NCBI GenBank assembly: GCA_002633005.1
Contig: NMRA01000172.1
Location: forward strand, 424,348 to 488,347
Origin: Phoronis australis
Taxonomy: Eukaryota; Animalia; Phoronida
Direction of reading: 5' to 3'
Length of the DNA: 64,000 nt
Notes under the pieces: generated by a model
What the model was told of the DNA's origin: nothing
Databases searched by the model: none
What the model saw: the letters and a program-made list of their open reading frames with translations, nothing else
Shown: piece by piece, positions 39,583 to 52,824 of the stretch
How positions within the stretch are numbered: position 1 is the stretch's first letter
How the letters are laid out: every line of letters starts with the position of its first letter
Made by a program: the position numbers and the translations under genes

Positions 39583-42500
39583 GACGGCAAAATCATGAAT
39601 GTCTGTGTTTACGTATCACCAAAAACTTGAGAACCATCATTTGTCAAGCTTGATTAACACCGCTTGAGTTGTTCTCTGTTTGTTTATAGCTAAAAAGAAA
39701 GGTCCAGTGACAGATATTACACGTTCGTTTGGTTTAATAAACCGATTTTTCAGCTGTTTCAAAACACGAGTGAAGAGAAAATCGATAAGACGCTTTTCTT
39801 TTTAGAAAAGAAAATTTTGAGCGATATGGCAAGGAGCTTCTACGCCTTTCAGCTGACAGAATGTTGTCATTTATCTTGAAGCGATTGAGTGACAACCAAG
39901 GAATCGTATGTAAACATATTTTAGCAAATTAGATGTAAAAATTCAGTTGGCTATCGACACTTCGCCATCTAGGATACCCAAAGCTACATTTTACGTCTAA
40001 ATTTTTCTGATAAACAAGTTTTCAAATAGCTCTTTCATCAAGTGTATTTTGTTTTGATCCAAACGGTTTTCAGAAAACGCTTACATGTCTTAGCTGGTCA
40101 ATGAGCTTTAGATCTTAAACGATGAACCCAAGAAGTGATCAAGCAATTTTTTTACTAATTTGCCTTATAGACAGACAGTTTGAACGAAATTTGTATGATG
40201 TAGCCCATTCTAGTAACGCTACTGGGTTTTGCAGATTCTATAAACTAACAATTTAAAAAACATCCAAACATTGGCAAATTTGTCTCGTTATTATTCCTCG
40301 TAGTCGAACGGAATGTTTGTAAATATCAGTGAAGTTGAAATTTGACTCTACTTAAACCAGTTACTGTCATGTTGTGGGGTAAAAAATAACTTTCTTCGTT
40401 GTCGTACATGCAATTGCCATTTTTAAACACCGTCATCATTTCTCTATCCTTTCAGTTGATCACGATTAGCTACAGTATAACCTTTGGCAGTTTCCCAGAC
40501 CACCACGCTGCTTCTGTGGCCAACCGTAACCCGCCAGTTGCAAGCAACTTGATGATCCTGTTCTGAATCATACTGAATCGCTAGTTCCTGACAATTTTTG
40601 ATATCAGTTCTAATCTCAGTAAGGAAGGAGAGCAATTCTATGAATTCATGTTGACTAAAGCAAAACCTGTTTTTGACAGAAGAAACAGATTTGTTTATCT
40701 TTAAATGTGCTATAAAGCGACTGTATGTAAATCACTTGACTTTTTGATTTGTGCCTCTCATTGTCTTTACACTTAACTCATTACTCAACTCATATCAAAG
40801 TTAGAAGTGATTTCTAGCCAATAACCACCTGAATTCCATTATTTGAATGAGAATGGTACAATAGCTGAATCCCTTCAGCCTTAAAACACCCGACCCATTC
40901 TTTTGCCTTTGCTTCAGTCTAATTTTAGTTCTGATTTCTTGTACTTAAACTACAGAAAGTCATGCACCTTCAAAAGCATGAAATGATTTCTAAACATTCG
41001 CAAGAACATACGGTCCTTTGCTAACTAACTTTAAAGGGTGTCAAGCCGACTCCAGGTGCGACTTTAATGGCACCCTCACACTGGGGGGTGTAAATTATTA
41101 CCTGGACTGTATTGTACTGCACACATAATTAACCAAAACATTAAACGTTTTATTGACATTTGTCCTATAACATAATAAAAGTTTTCTACAACAACGCAAT
41201 TTATAATTGTAACTACTCGATTTGAGTTCCCGCTCTAGTCCAATTGCTTAACATGTGCAGGACAGCCTTAGTGAGTTTATTCGGTAACGTCAGTGAGCTT
41301 CAACAGATTCAAGAACGCTACTTAAAGAACTTTCTACACACTGTGTTCTGTTCCAAGGTGTGTTTCTAGCAACATGGACAAACTGTAAGCTTTTTTAGGA
41401 ACTTAAATCAAGATAAGCAAATGTCAACTGCCAGCAGCGTCTAAAATATGAAACGAACATCTGGGGTCCAATAGTGTAAGCGCGTACATGTCAGGTACAT
41501 GTAAAAGATAATAATCCTAGGAGCGCTTCCAGACTAATCCAGCGTTTTGTCACATACATCACATATTTCTGACCGAGTTGAATACCGTGTATATATACTG
41601 TTGAAATTGATGTCGTATTTTTATGAGGACTATAAATTACACTTTTTGTAGAATGACCTTATACGTCACTTTACCAACGAACAGGTAAAGAGAGAGAAAT
41701 ATGAATCCAAAATATATTTCCTTATTTGTAAAGTACATCACGGAATTGGTTCCTAGAGTACAGTAACGCCAGTCGTGAATCAAGTTGTTGTCCTTGCAGA
41801 CTCTGCATTGCTTAGGAACCATTGATAGATAGGCCTACACATAGTCAGAATTCTATAACTGACTCCTGTAAGCTGTCCGCGTGCAGAGACCGCTGTGAAG
41901 AACTTGGGACGATCAAACATGGACTTACACATTTGGCTGACAACGAATGTTTACAAACAATCACAGAAAGGGTATAGCCCTAATCTAACTCATTGTAAAT
42001 AAAAAGGTAAGAAACTAAAGGGCTGTAGAGCGCAACTTAAATAACATACTTACATCATCGGAAGTCATTCTCAAATCTACTGCTTGTTTGTCGATGTATG
42101 AAACGTCAAAAAATTCATGATTTTCTCTTCAAAAGAAAAACCTGATGCACTGTAGTTCAACAGTCACTGTCGTTATATGCAGGTGATTGTTTTGTAAGCC
42201 AAACTATCCGTTTACCCTTTGTGGAGTATTACACAGTAAACATGGCTTAATTTAGAATATTTAATGTACCACGAAAGCTATTGAAAATCTTCAGTTTTAT
42301 ATTATGTGAAGTGCGACGGTCTTTGTTAGTGCCCTGGGTACAATAAACGAGCGTTAAAAGTGGGCAATAATAATTTGTTATAACGGTTAAGAACATGAAT
42401 AGGGTGTTTAAGAAAGCCAACAATTAATGCTTTGTTCGTGCCTTTACTTAGCCACTATTGTCGTTAACGCCAGGACCATAATGGAACGTTACTACCAGCT

Positions 42501-43774
42501 CTCAGCCATTCAGAACGGTCGTAACCTGCGACCAACAGAGGTCGCGAAATCATTGCCCTTTGACTCCGCTGGACTGAAGAATCGTGAGAACCCGTTTGGT
42601 TTGTACCACATACGCATAATGGACGGACTGACGTCACCCAGTCAGGCTCTATCAACACACAAAACCTATCCCTGGGTTATCTGGAAAGTACCAGGGTGCT
42701 TGGCATAAAACCAGAAAAACCGATGAATGCGAGTCAACCTGTCAATATCGTCACGGCTTCCACTTCGCTCCGCCACCGAATATTTGTTAAACACTTGAGA
42801 AGATTTCTGGACGTATCTAGGATGTACCTGACTAAAACCAAGCACGTTAAATTAAGTATTGGTTGGTGTGTCACAACAAACTGTTCCTATGTTACGTTTA
42901 GCAGACTTCAACCAAGCAAATCCTCAAGTAGAAATAAGTTTTCACATTCTTCAACCGTTTGAAATAGTTTCTTATAATGGCCGTGAGCGAATGTTTGAGT
43001 GAGCACGCGATCCGCTCTCGAGCGAAAATGTGCTAAACAGTGTAAAAGCCAGTTATACACTGAAAATAAAAATGTGACGTCTGTCTTTTGCAAGTTCAAT
43101 ATCTTCATACGATTTATTGAAAAATCTAAAAATGAAGAGAAACGTTCTCATCATTCAGTACATGGTTTCCAATCGAACCAGTTACGTGCTAGAAGCGCCC
43201 GACATCAAGCGTTAAGGCCTAACACTATTCTCAAGTACTTTGTAATTCACCTCATACTGAAGCACTTTGTAATTCATGCCATACTTACTGTAGAACAGTA
43301 CGTTCTGCAGCTCTAACCTAAATTTCAAGAAACAACTCAAAATTTTTACGTATTTTTGAGAATAACTTTAAGTGAATTTATTCTAGCTAGTATCACTGCA
43401 AAAGCGTTTCACAGACGTAATTGACATGTATGAGTCGATGGGCTCAAAAAACGAACATTGCCAAGCTACTCAACAACCCTATTACTAATTAAGGTTGCTC
43501 TTGTGCCAGTAAAATTCTATATTCCCCAATATCTACATAAATACGGCTCCTATCAAATTCTACAAAGCCAGTCTTCATTCTTCGATATTCATATCACAAA
43601 GTGGTGGGTGTAAAGTACGTGTACGAATCTACTTAAATTGTTGAGACTTAACGAATTCCAGATGATCCTTAAATTAACGTGTAAATGAGACAAACGCCTA
43701 GAATGAAAGAGACTTTAAAAAAAGCGGCAAGCTATTTTGCTGGTTATTTGCTCCAGTTCCGTCTTAATGTCACC

Positions 43775-43854
43775 ATGACTTTGTTTGGGCAGGTTGTCGT
43801 CCTCTGTTGTCTTTTGGTGAACAGTCTACATTTTGTCAAGACAGAAACCTCAAC
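43775..43854 (+). CDS. Probable signal-peptide exon of a small secreted protein (MTLFGQVVVLCCLLVNSLHFVKTETS)
   Basis: CACCATG start context, hydrophobic stretch, AC|GTACGT donor. Linkage to the downstream Cys exons is inferred. Confidence 0.5.
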
Positions 43855-44407
43855 GTACGTAGATATCTGTTTCAGTGTTAATCACATCGGATTGAGAATA
43901 ATGCATGCGAATGAAGCGTTTTAGCTTCTAAACAATTTGAAGTGTGGGTGGTATTTCAAAAAGTTTTGTGGTACATTATATATTTACCACTTAAAAATTC
44001 ACCAAAAAGTCTCAAATATTCTTTTTTTATCTTGCAAATAACTCAATAACAATGAACGCGAAGTGTTCTCTCTTCTAAAACGATACATTTTCGGCAAAAG
44101 AGCACCATCAGCGCGGAATGGAACCCGCAACTCTCTCGGTCCCTGTCGCACGCTCTGATGGCGCGATCAAAGATATTATAATTCCTATACTGTGACTAGG
44201 ATATCTTTGGAGCAGATAAATCCCCATGGATGAATACTTCAAGCGTATTAAGTTCATGCTTTACATATTATGAATTAAAACTCATAATCACTGGACTTGA
44301 TGTCAGCGAATGTCTCGCAGACAACGAAGCGAATTTTTGGAGATTTGTAAAACTATCATAAAAACACAACTGATTTTGTTATTTTATATCTCTAGAAAAA
44401 ACTGATC

Positions 44408-44541
44408 AACACATCAACACACCAACACACCAACACGCCAACACACCAACAAACCACCACACCAACACACCTACACACCAACACACGTACACACCAACAC
44501 ACCTACATACTAACACACCACCACACCACCACACCAACACA
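44408..44541. repeat. (AACACACC)n-like simple repeat
   Basis: Directly visible. Confidence 0.9.
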
Positions 44542-45462
44542 TCTCTCCCGTCCAACAATAATCTCCAAAATGTGGGTCTCTTCATTAAATTGTTGCGGGT
44601 GATAAAAGTAATGCTGCTGGCTCAGCTGCCTTCGCAAGTCTGGTGTAAATTTTATTGCATCCAATCAAACCACATTTCGTCCAGTTTGAAATTTCAATTA
44701 AGACAACTGCACCGCGCACAAAGCGTATGCACAAAAACGCTTAGCATTCACTAATTTTATTCGCTGTCTCTCGTAAAAGCAACCCAAGTTGTTGCGATCG
44801 AAGTATTAAACAATGGGCACTTCTTTACGTACTATTTTAAAACTTGTCTCATTCTCAGTGCTAGAGACTGTGGGAAATGACGCTCTTGTGTACAACGTAT
44901 GTAAATTTACGTGTGTGCGCCTATTTGATAAATGTTGGACATTTTTGTAAGGAGAACTTTAATAGATTGTTTTGGTTTGCATCAGGATAAAAATGGATTA
45001 AACATAGAATGTTATCAGCTGAATAATTGTGATTGTTGCATGACCCCAAAACATTGGCAAAGTTATGTGTTACGCCGTTGTGAGGCTACTGGGCCCTCTA
45101 GGTCAAAATTATCCTAACAGCCTACGTTGATCTCTTAGACGTAGGGATAATTCATTTACCCAATTATTGAGAACCAGCATTTGAACTTTGTTTTTTAGTT
45201 GCGTGAGATACATACCACCACGCCTTTTCTCTTGGTACATGCCTTGCGACTTCACAATAAACCGTGATGAAATGTGCGTCGTGTTGACTTGCCCAGAGAG
45301 TAAGTGATAAGATAAAGTGATGTTGATTGAGCAGATTCACTTGTCTGTTGTCTTTTGTTAGTAAAGATTCATAAGTATTCTTTTGTTTGTAATGATACAT
45401 AACTACTTGTCCTCACTGGTTCCGTCTCTTCTAATGCGGCGACCTATCTACACCATTTTCAG

Positions 45463-45519
45463 TTACAATGCCACCTGCCTCCAACAGCAGCAAATCCTAT
45501 CGGTCAGACTCGTAGGAAG
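45463..45519 (+). CDS. Possible small internal exon of the secreted-protein gene
   Basis: ccattttcag acceptor and AAG|GTAAAC donor, 57 nt; open in two frames. Confidence 0.35.
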
Positions 45520-45647
45520 GTAAACATTTTGGTGGGAAGGGGGGAGGGGGGCACAGACAAAAGGTCAACTAGCTGATCTCAACGTAATCGGTAGTCTGGT
45601 TCAACAAAAGTCCTCGTTTCCTCTCTGTCTGAAAACAACAGTAAATA

Positions 45648-46640
45648 AACTAGAAAGATTATTGTCACGGCGTGACAATAATGGACTTTGCGCGTGCGAT
45701 TAAAGGAATTGTTATGGGACGTTACTGACAGCAACCCGTTTACCAATATGAAAAGGAATTCTTAAAATTGTAGAAGAAATTACATGTTTATATTTTGATG
45801 CCCTTTTCACTAATTGACCCCATCCGGTGCATTATAAGCGTCTTGAGGAGAATTATTGCAAAGCCCGTGAAAAGTGTGTTTAATGCTGAGATTCACAGTT
45901 GTCAAACGGTAGACACATCGGAATACTTGGTGGACAAATTTTCAGAAGAAAAATGCACCTAATGACCCCATAGTTGCACTAAATGACTTGAAACTTGTAT
46001 TTCGAATTGAATTAGACGTACCAACCAGACTTGTGAATTTGAAGTGTCTAGTTTGCACTCAATGACCTTTGACCGATTTTCTCTGATTGGATAGCCCTGT
46101 TGCTTAGCAAAATAAGGTATTTTATTGGCATGTAGGTTAACACCAATGTGCTGGAATTGAAGAGAATTCCTTGAAAATGTAGGAGAAATAACCTTCTCAA
46201 AAATAGATGACCTTTGTACTAATTGACCCCATCTAGTGCATTACAAGCCCTTTTAGTAGAACTATTGCAAAGTCCGTAAAAAGTATATTTAATGCTGAGA
46301 ATCACAGTTGTCTAACAGTTGACACATCAGCATACTTGCTGAATGAAAAGGATAAATAAACTAAGTCAAAATGCCCTAAAACACCGATATCTTAAAGGGA
46401 TGTTTCCAGATTATCAAAAATTGTCTTGTGGAGTTCGTGAGTCACAAAATGCGCATGTGCATTCTCCCGGAATTCAATGTGCACCAATATTCACTGAAGC
46501 ATCAATTTCGTACAAGATATAATTGGCAAAAAGATCACGTAAGAATGATATTACAAGATCAGCTGGTGTTCATAGATAGCTACATGTACATGTAAATCAG
46601 AATCCTGCACACCGTGGCAGGTTACAATAAGTAACTAGAT
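45648..46640. mobile_element. Non-autonomous element with a subterminal hairpin and two internal direct repeats of about 190 bp (Helitron/Helentron-like?)
   Basis: ATTATTGTCACG-G-CGTGACAATAAT hairpin at 45658-45682; 45735-45928 is repeated at about 46140-46338. Confidence 0.5.
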
Positions 46641-47667
46641 ATTTGAACTTGTTAGACAATTCGACATGACCAAGATTGAAAGACCCATCTCAACATAAAC
46701 CCGCAATATTTACCCATTGTTATCATAAGTTATTGAACATTTATTACTTTTTCCCATACCCACGTTACTGGAAGAAAACTTCTTTTTGTTTCATTTTAGT
46801 TTAAATCTCCTTAAAACGGATTTCAATGCAAGTTAGTTCTCTTGAAACTTAGACCCAAATAATGTCATTCAACACAACTCGAAATATTTGTGAAATTTAA
46901 CTAAATTTGATATGATTTTCAGCTTAATTTTTATTTTTGGTGGTGCCCCGCCACCTAAAATGGCCGCCGTAATGAGTGACAGTCGACTCACACATTATGG
47001 GTACTCTTAATGAGGATTCTGCGGAAACCACGCCCACTTAATATTAACAGTAAAATAAGGAAAACAAGAACAGGGCTGAACGTTAAGATATGTTTATATT
47101 GTAATGAAATCTTTTGACTGCCGAAACTCATCCTGTATTCTAAATTGGTGAATATAGAGGGAAGTTTGTGATCGAGTTTGCAAACAAAAGGTTTCAGTCG
47201 AATGTGGACGGGCCTTAAGTGCGTTGAGATGATGCATGACGTAAATGCCTCCCTACAACTATGCTCGTAAGGCAAGAACCCCAAAAGATAAATTCTCATA
47301 AAATCCACAGTCTCAGTTTCTTCATTATTGCAATAATCATGTAGGTAACTGTCCTCCAGCGCCTAACAAAGCTATGCCGGTCATGACCTCCATGATTACG
47401 CCCAGACGCCTTCAGATTATTGCATATGCCTCCTCCCTTGCCCTCCCCATTCTACGGCTCAAAGTCCTCTGACATATTTTTCTATATGGGAGCAACTTAG
47501 CTCGTGTGGATTTTAAAGAGATTTATGTTAAGTTGACCCTTGAAATTTGCTTTGACTGAGATGCGACGGGATACTATAATCACCGACTCTAATTTTCAAA
47601 CTTTTGATCATCCTGTGTGGCCAAAGTTGATCTATTGGGATCGCATCAGTTTTTTATGACCTCTAAG

Positions 47668-47918
47668 TTATGACCAAACGTTTTTGCGTATACTCTATAA
47701 TATCTAATCGCTTTTTGAAGTTCGAATGGTACTTAAAACCTCTTCAGTTTTGTTATGACATACCGTTTTTGCGTAACTTACCTCTACGATATTTATCGCC
47801 TTTTGAATTTCGAATGGTACTTAAAAACAGCATCAATTTTGTAATGACAAGACGTTTTTATGTGCACTGTATAACATCTATCGCTTTTGAACTTCTAATG
47901 GTACTTAAAACCACACAG
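47668..47918. repeat. Three-copy minisatellite, unit about 85 bp
   Basis: atgac...cgttttt...atcgc...ttgaa...aatggtacttaaaa occurs three times. Confidence 0.85.
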
Positions 47919-48686
47919 CTGATAGGCGTAGTAAGAGGGGGGGTAGGGTTTGTGTGTCGTCTTCATCATGAAATAGCTATAATCCTCAGTCCTCACAAGT
48001 GTTCTTGATTTGGAATCACATGCATTTTTTTAAATCCTGAAACAATTTCCCCAGCAGGAAAATCATTTTCAGACAACTATTTTTCATAATACGTCCCATC
48101 GCCTATATTCGGAAAATGACAAATTTCTATTTCTACCTTTCTAATGTACCAAATATAAGCGCGGTCGGGAGCACAGGGGTCGGATAACCGCAAAATATGT
48201 GAGCAACACCGACATAGGTAGTGGACCAATGTGTTGAAGGGAGCTAGTGTGTACATGTATGTATGTATGTACACAATACACCTTCAAATGAGACTCATAC
48301 ATCCATCCATCCATACATACATACATTAATGCTTACATGTATACTCCGGCGTTATTAGTTAAGTTTATTGTCAATAACGTGGTGAAATAAACAGTAGGTC
48401 GTGTTTCTTAAAAATCCTTGTTTTTGTTGGATATTCACTGAAACTACTAACTTTGAGAAAGTCTACGCAGCGTAGAAAGTACGCTCAAGTTCCTATATTC
48501 GGAAATGTTTCGTAATTATATAGGCCTGTGGTCCAAATTTCTGGTACAGGATTAAAATATTTTCGATGATCCCTCATACATGCTTTGCCGTCTCGTTACA
48601 AAGCAGTTTTCTAATAACTTTGGCCCTGTAACATGTATTTCGTACTAAGGTTATTGCTTTTTTCCAAATTGTGCTCATTACAAAAG

Positions 48687-48863
48687 AGTGCCAAGACCAA
48701 GGCGGCGTTAGAGACGAGGGTGAATCCTGGACCGAGTCTCGACCCGATGGATCATCGTTTCGTTGCACCTGTGGCTACCCAATTACCTGGGTTTTCCCTT
48801 CGCCGGACGACATACCGCCAAATTTACCTCGCATCCCACCAACCAAAAACTGCTACAGAAACG
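48687..48863 (+). CDS. Cys-module exon 1 (CQDQGGVRDEGESWTESRPDGSSFRCTCG...NCYRN), FN1/VWC-like
   Basis: Phase 1-1 symmetric exon with a C-x-D..GESW..CTC..C pattern; homologous to the next exon. Confidence 0.75.
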
Positions 48864-50170
48864 GTAATGTGATATCAGTATAATTTTCGTTTTATTCTAT
48901 AAACCTTGAATCGAAAATCATTGTTTGTACTCATAACCTTCGATAACACGTAATCAATTAAATAAAAATATTTTTTTACAACTTTGTGTTATCGTGGTAA
49001 GGTGGATCAACATGTGCAAGGCGTCCAATGAATGTCTGTCTCTTGATAATAAACCAATCGGAACACAAAGGTCACTTAACCTGAGAAGAAACATGGGCCA
49101 CGCAGAACTGAAAAAAGTGGGTGAGCTATAGCCCCCCCAGCCCCCTATGGTGCGCCGCCCATGAGGAAACGGTGAAGACATTGACGTAGTTAAAAAGTTA
49201 TAACTAAATACCCGTTAGACGCTGTTTTAACAGTTAAAACAGAAAACACGTTGCCGTTTCTATGGAAATTGTCAATTGCATTATATTAGGCTGCCTTATG
49301 AACAAAGATCAAATAGAGCTACAGTTATTGAATTGCCCTATTTTGGCAGGAACTTTCACTTCCGCCTGGTCTGTTCACAACATGATGTAGACTCGATTAT
49401 ATTTTGACGACTTATTTACGAGGGTATATTTCTCAAACGGGAAATTGCCCTCGTTGTTACCACTGCATACTATCCGTACCTTCAAACTTATTCCGGGAAT
49501 TCCAAAAGCTAGCAACACTTTTGATTATAACTCCAAAAACATACTTGGTTCTCGGCCTGATGTCTAATCTTTGTACTCGATATGGAATTCGAAATTATAT
49601 TAGACATTTTTTATTATATTTTTGCGTGAATTCAAGACAACCCATGCCGTATGGAGGTCGCAAGGTATTTTTAATTTGCGAGATCGCCTACGGGACACTT
49701 CCATTGTTTTCCTTTGTTGCGTCTTTGTTGGACCCAGCAATACAGGTCGCATGGATATCGCACCTAGGGCGCACATCAGCCCCTTACCGATAACTGATGG
49801 CCATTACCTTTATTATATGACAAACCTCACTTACCTTCACTTACCTGCCTTTGTACAGCTTTTCAAAAATACCCCGAGACCTTGTCTGAAATCGATGCGG
49901 GAGTGCCTATTTAGTTTTATATTTTAATCAGTTAAAGTATGCCTCGAAATGAGATCGATGTTCTGTAGAGGCGTGAATCTCGCTGAAACGGAAGAACAGG
50001 TAGGACTTTGCGAGATTCTTGAGTCGGCGAAAGTCTCCCCAGAACCAACTAATATGCTTTTTGTCCTAAGAGAGACTTTCAATCCTCCGTCATTGACTAA
50101 AGCTCTTAGTCCTTTTGCACACGAGCGTGGTTTAGTAATGTATGATTGTCTGAATCCTTTTTCCTAACAG

Positions 50171-50325
50171 GATGTGAACGAGAAGACGGAAGTCACATGG
50201 CGATTGGAGATACTTTCTATGAAACAAGAAACTCCAAACTCAGAAAGTGTACTTGCGTAAATGAGCCAAACCCTCTGATATTTGACGACGCGCCACCTTC
50301 GCATATTCGCTGCAGAACAGCGTAG
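50171..50325 (+). CDS. Cys-module exon 2 and stop (GCEREDGSHMAIGDTFYETRNSKLRKCTCV...HIRCRTA*)
   Basis: ttcctaacag acceptor, phase 1; same C..G(D/E)x(F/W)..CTC..C spacing; TAG stop; AATAAA cluster near 50788-50826. Confidence 0.75.
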
Positions 50326-51255
50326 GAGTTTTGAACATTTTAGGGGTGGGTAATAGAATAGGAACTCTGTTGTACAACTATGTATATTGGGAGACAGTAT
50401 GACTTACGGCCATCTCTGTTCCCCGGTTTACAAACAGATAATAATAACGGTCGAAGCCATTCAGAGTGACCGCGGTGTGAAAATGGTCGGTATACCCAAG
50501 TGATTTTTTGAATTTTTTGTCGGTCATTAAGAAAGTTTTAATGAGGGTTTCCTTGATTTTAGCTTACTTTAAGCAGAATGTCAACGTTAGATGACGAATT
50601 GCACGAAGTCGCGATTGCTTATCAATCTACCTACAATGTATTTGCTGATACGCATCTCTTGTGACTCACGATTTTAAAAGTGGAACGTGACGCAGGAAAG
50701 TTGGTCTGGCTGGGCGGGAATGGCGGTACTTAACAGTGAGCCAAAATTGAGTTAACGAATGAATGTTCTTTTGTTTAAATCACGAAAAATAAATATTCTC
50801 TTAGATGAATAAAAATAAAAATAAAATTCTGTGCTTTGGTTATAATCTGTGACTCCTTTGAAAATAAAACATTCTACACAGTATTTTTGCCTAATCATAG
50901 TGCTGTCAGGAAGTGGTAGTTTTCACTACATGTACGTCTCGTTCCTGGTTACTTACAATGGGAAACGATTTTGGGAAACCTTATGCACACTAATACGCAC
51001 GAAATGCTCGACACGTGGACCTAACTACACGGCAACGGGAAAATTGTAACACAGATTTATATACACCACATTCATTATATTGTCAAAAGTTACTATACGC
51101 CAATACAGCACACAATATACCTGTATAGACCATTGTAAAATGGTCGTTTAAATTGCAAAAATCATGTCTTTACGTCAATTTGAAAATGATTGGCGCAAGC
51201 CTAAAGCAATCGTTGAATCAAATAAAACGTCATCAAGTGACACGCGTAGTCATGA

Positions 51256-51418
51256 TTACATTACATTTTGACCAGTCTTAAAAAAATCTCTTAAACACCC
51301 CTTGTTAGTCCAATCGGCGTTTCGTTGAATTATGTCGTAAACAGCCAAAAAAAGTTTTGGCGTCTTCTCCCTAAAGTACAGCCAAGGATCCTTGACCTCG
51401 AGTCGAATACGGGGTGGC
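51256..51418 (-). CDS. KEN domain last exon (PPRIRLEVKDPWLYFREKTPKLFLAVYDIIQRNADW...*)
   Basis: catttcag acceptor, phase 2; resembles recalled RNase L DPSLYFQKTFPDLVIYVY. Confidence 0.88.
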
Positions 51419-52705
51419 CTGAAATGACGAGACAAAACAATGCATCGCTCAGACGAGGCTTTGTCACACAAATTGCATTCAAATACACTGGTGACACGAA
51501 CAGTTTTACTGTTCGATTCAGACGCCATAGCGCTGAGAAATTGAAAACAAATGCTAACGATAACCTAAAAATGCCTCATTGAATTCTGTTTTTGTCTTCA
51601 ATTCTTAGTATGCATATGGTTTCAAACCGGCTACGAAATTCGTGTAATGACGTAGGGTAACAATATTTGCACGCAAGTATTATAAACGATAGTAGGAAGC
51701 GACAAAGGGTTCTTTTAAAACTTGAACAGTTACCGTCAAATTTCGAGGGCCCCTCGTGGGTTTTTGAGTTAACTGAGGCTGACCGACCCAAACCTCTGGA
51801 ACTTTTTTGTTGTTGCTCCATTTTTTCCATCACTGACGGGCCCCTTTAACTGCCACAGGCCCCGGGGTTGTGGGCCCTCATGTCCACCCCCTCTCGATGC
51901 CCCTGACCATGCATTCAATTTAGTTTGCAACATGTTTTCATCCGCATTACTTCGAGTATTCGTAGACAAAACCACGATTTATTAGTTGATACCGGTGGGC
52001 ATTTGAAAACAGACTGTGTTGCTAGAATCGAGATACCGAGATAATTAAGTCGGGATCTTGAGATACTTGGAAAATTAAAAAAGAAACGCGCAATGTCATC
52101 TTTGGGCCACCGTACACACGACTGCTTAAAATTGAAAAGTAAATATTAACCGTCTTTGAATTTTTAAAATCGAGGTAGTACATGTGTATAAGAGAAATTA
52201 GCGAATAGAATTATTTCAGCATCACCGCTAGTAAGCAACGAGGATTAATTTGTGGTTATTCGCAGTCAGGCATAGACGTTCGGGTAACAAAACCTCAAAT
52301 GTCAACGTAGGATTTGTCTCATGGAGTTTAATAAACAGAGCTGATACGCATGGATAAAAGTTCTTTCCAAAACTGCATTGAACCGGGTTATGCTTATCTT
52401 CATGAGTCACTAATAAAGTTTAAGACTCGAACTAAGCATTCTCGCATTACGTTGCCGTGTCTACATGAGAGGCTGCACGTAGCACACGTGACCGCCTCAG
52501 AGGCGACACTTTTCACGTCTAAACACACTAACGCTACCTAGCGGTGTGAAACGACACGACACTAAGTTCCGCCGGGGTAGACAAACCGAGGCTTTAAGAA
52601 GTTGAGTTTCTTTAAACAATGGTGCCACTCAAAACAGCTCTTTATAAAAATTTGAAAAATGAGCAAACGCACTGATGCATGTGTAGTAAGTAAAACGAGT
52701 CTTAC

Positions 52706-52824
52706 ATTTCGTTCAGATGTTTCTCAATGTGACTCATAAATCGCACCAGGTCTGTGCCAGTGTCCTCGTAGTAATAGCCGAAACTGGATGTCATTTCAAG
52801 CAGTTCTTCATCTACCAAACGCGC
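52706..52824 (-). CDS. KEN domain active-site exon (ARLVDEELLEMTSSFGYYYEDTGTDLVRFMSHIEKHLNE)
   Basis: ttttag acceptor and GTAAGA donor; aligns without gaps to recalled RNase L [21 protein letters not shown]. Confidence 0.88.

Noticed and set aside
44108-44165. tRNA-like B-box fragments (also near 25440-25500 and 55960-55985)
   Set aside because: No complete cloverleaf; at most degenerate SINE heads.
47668-47918. Repeat-spacer-like array resembling CRISPR
   Set aside because: Whole units are homologous (a minisatellite), the context is eukaryotic, and there are no cas genes.
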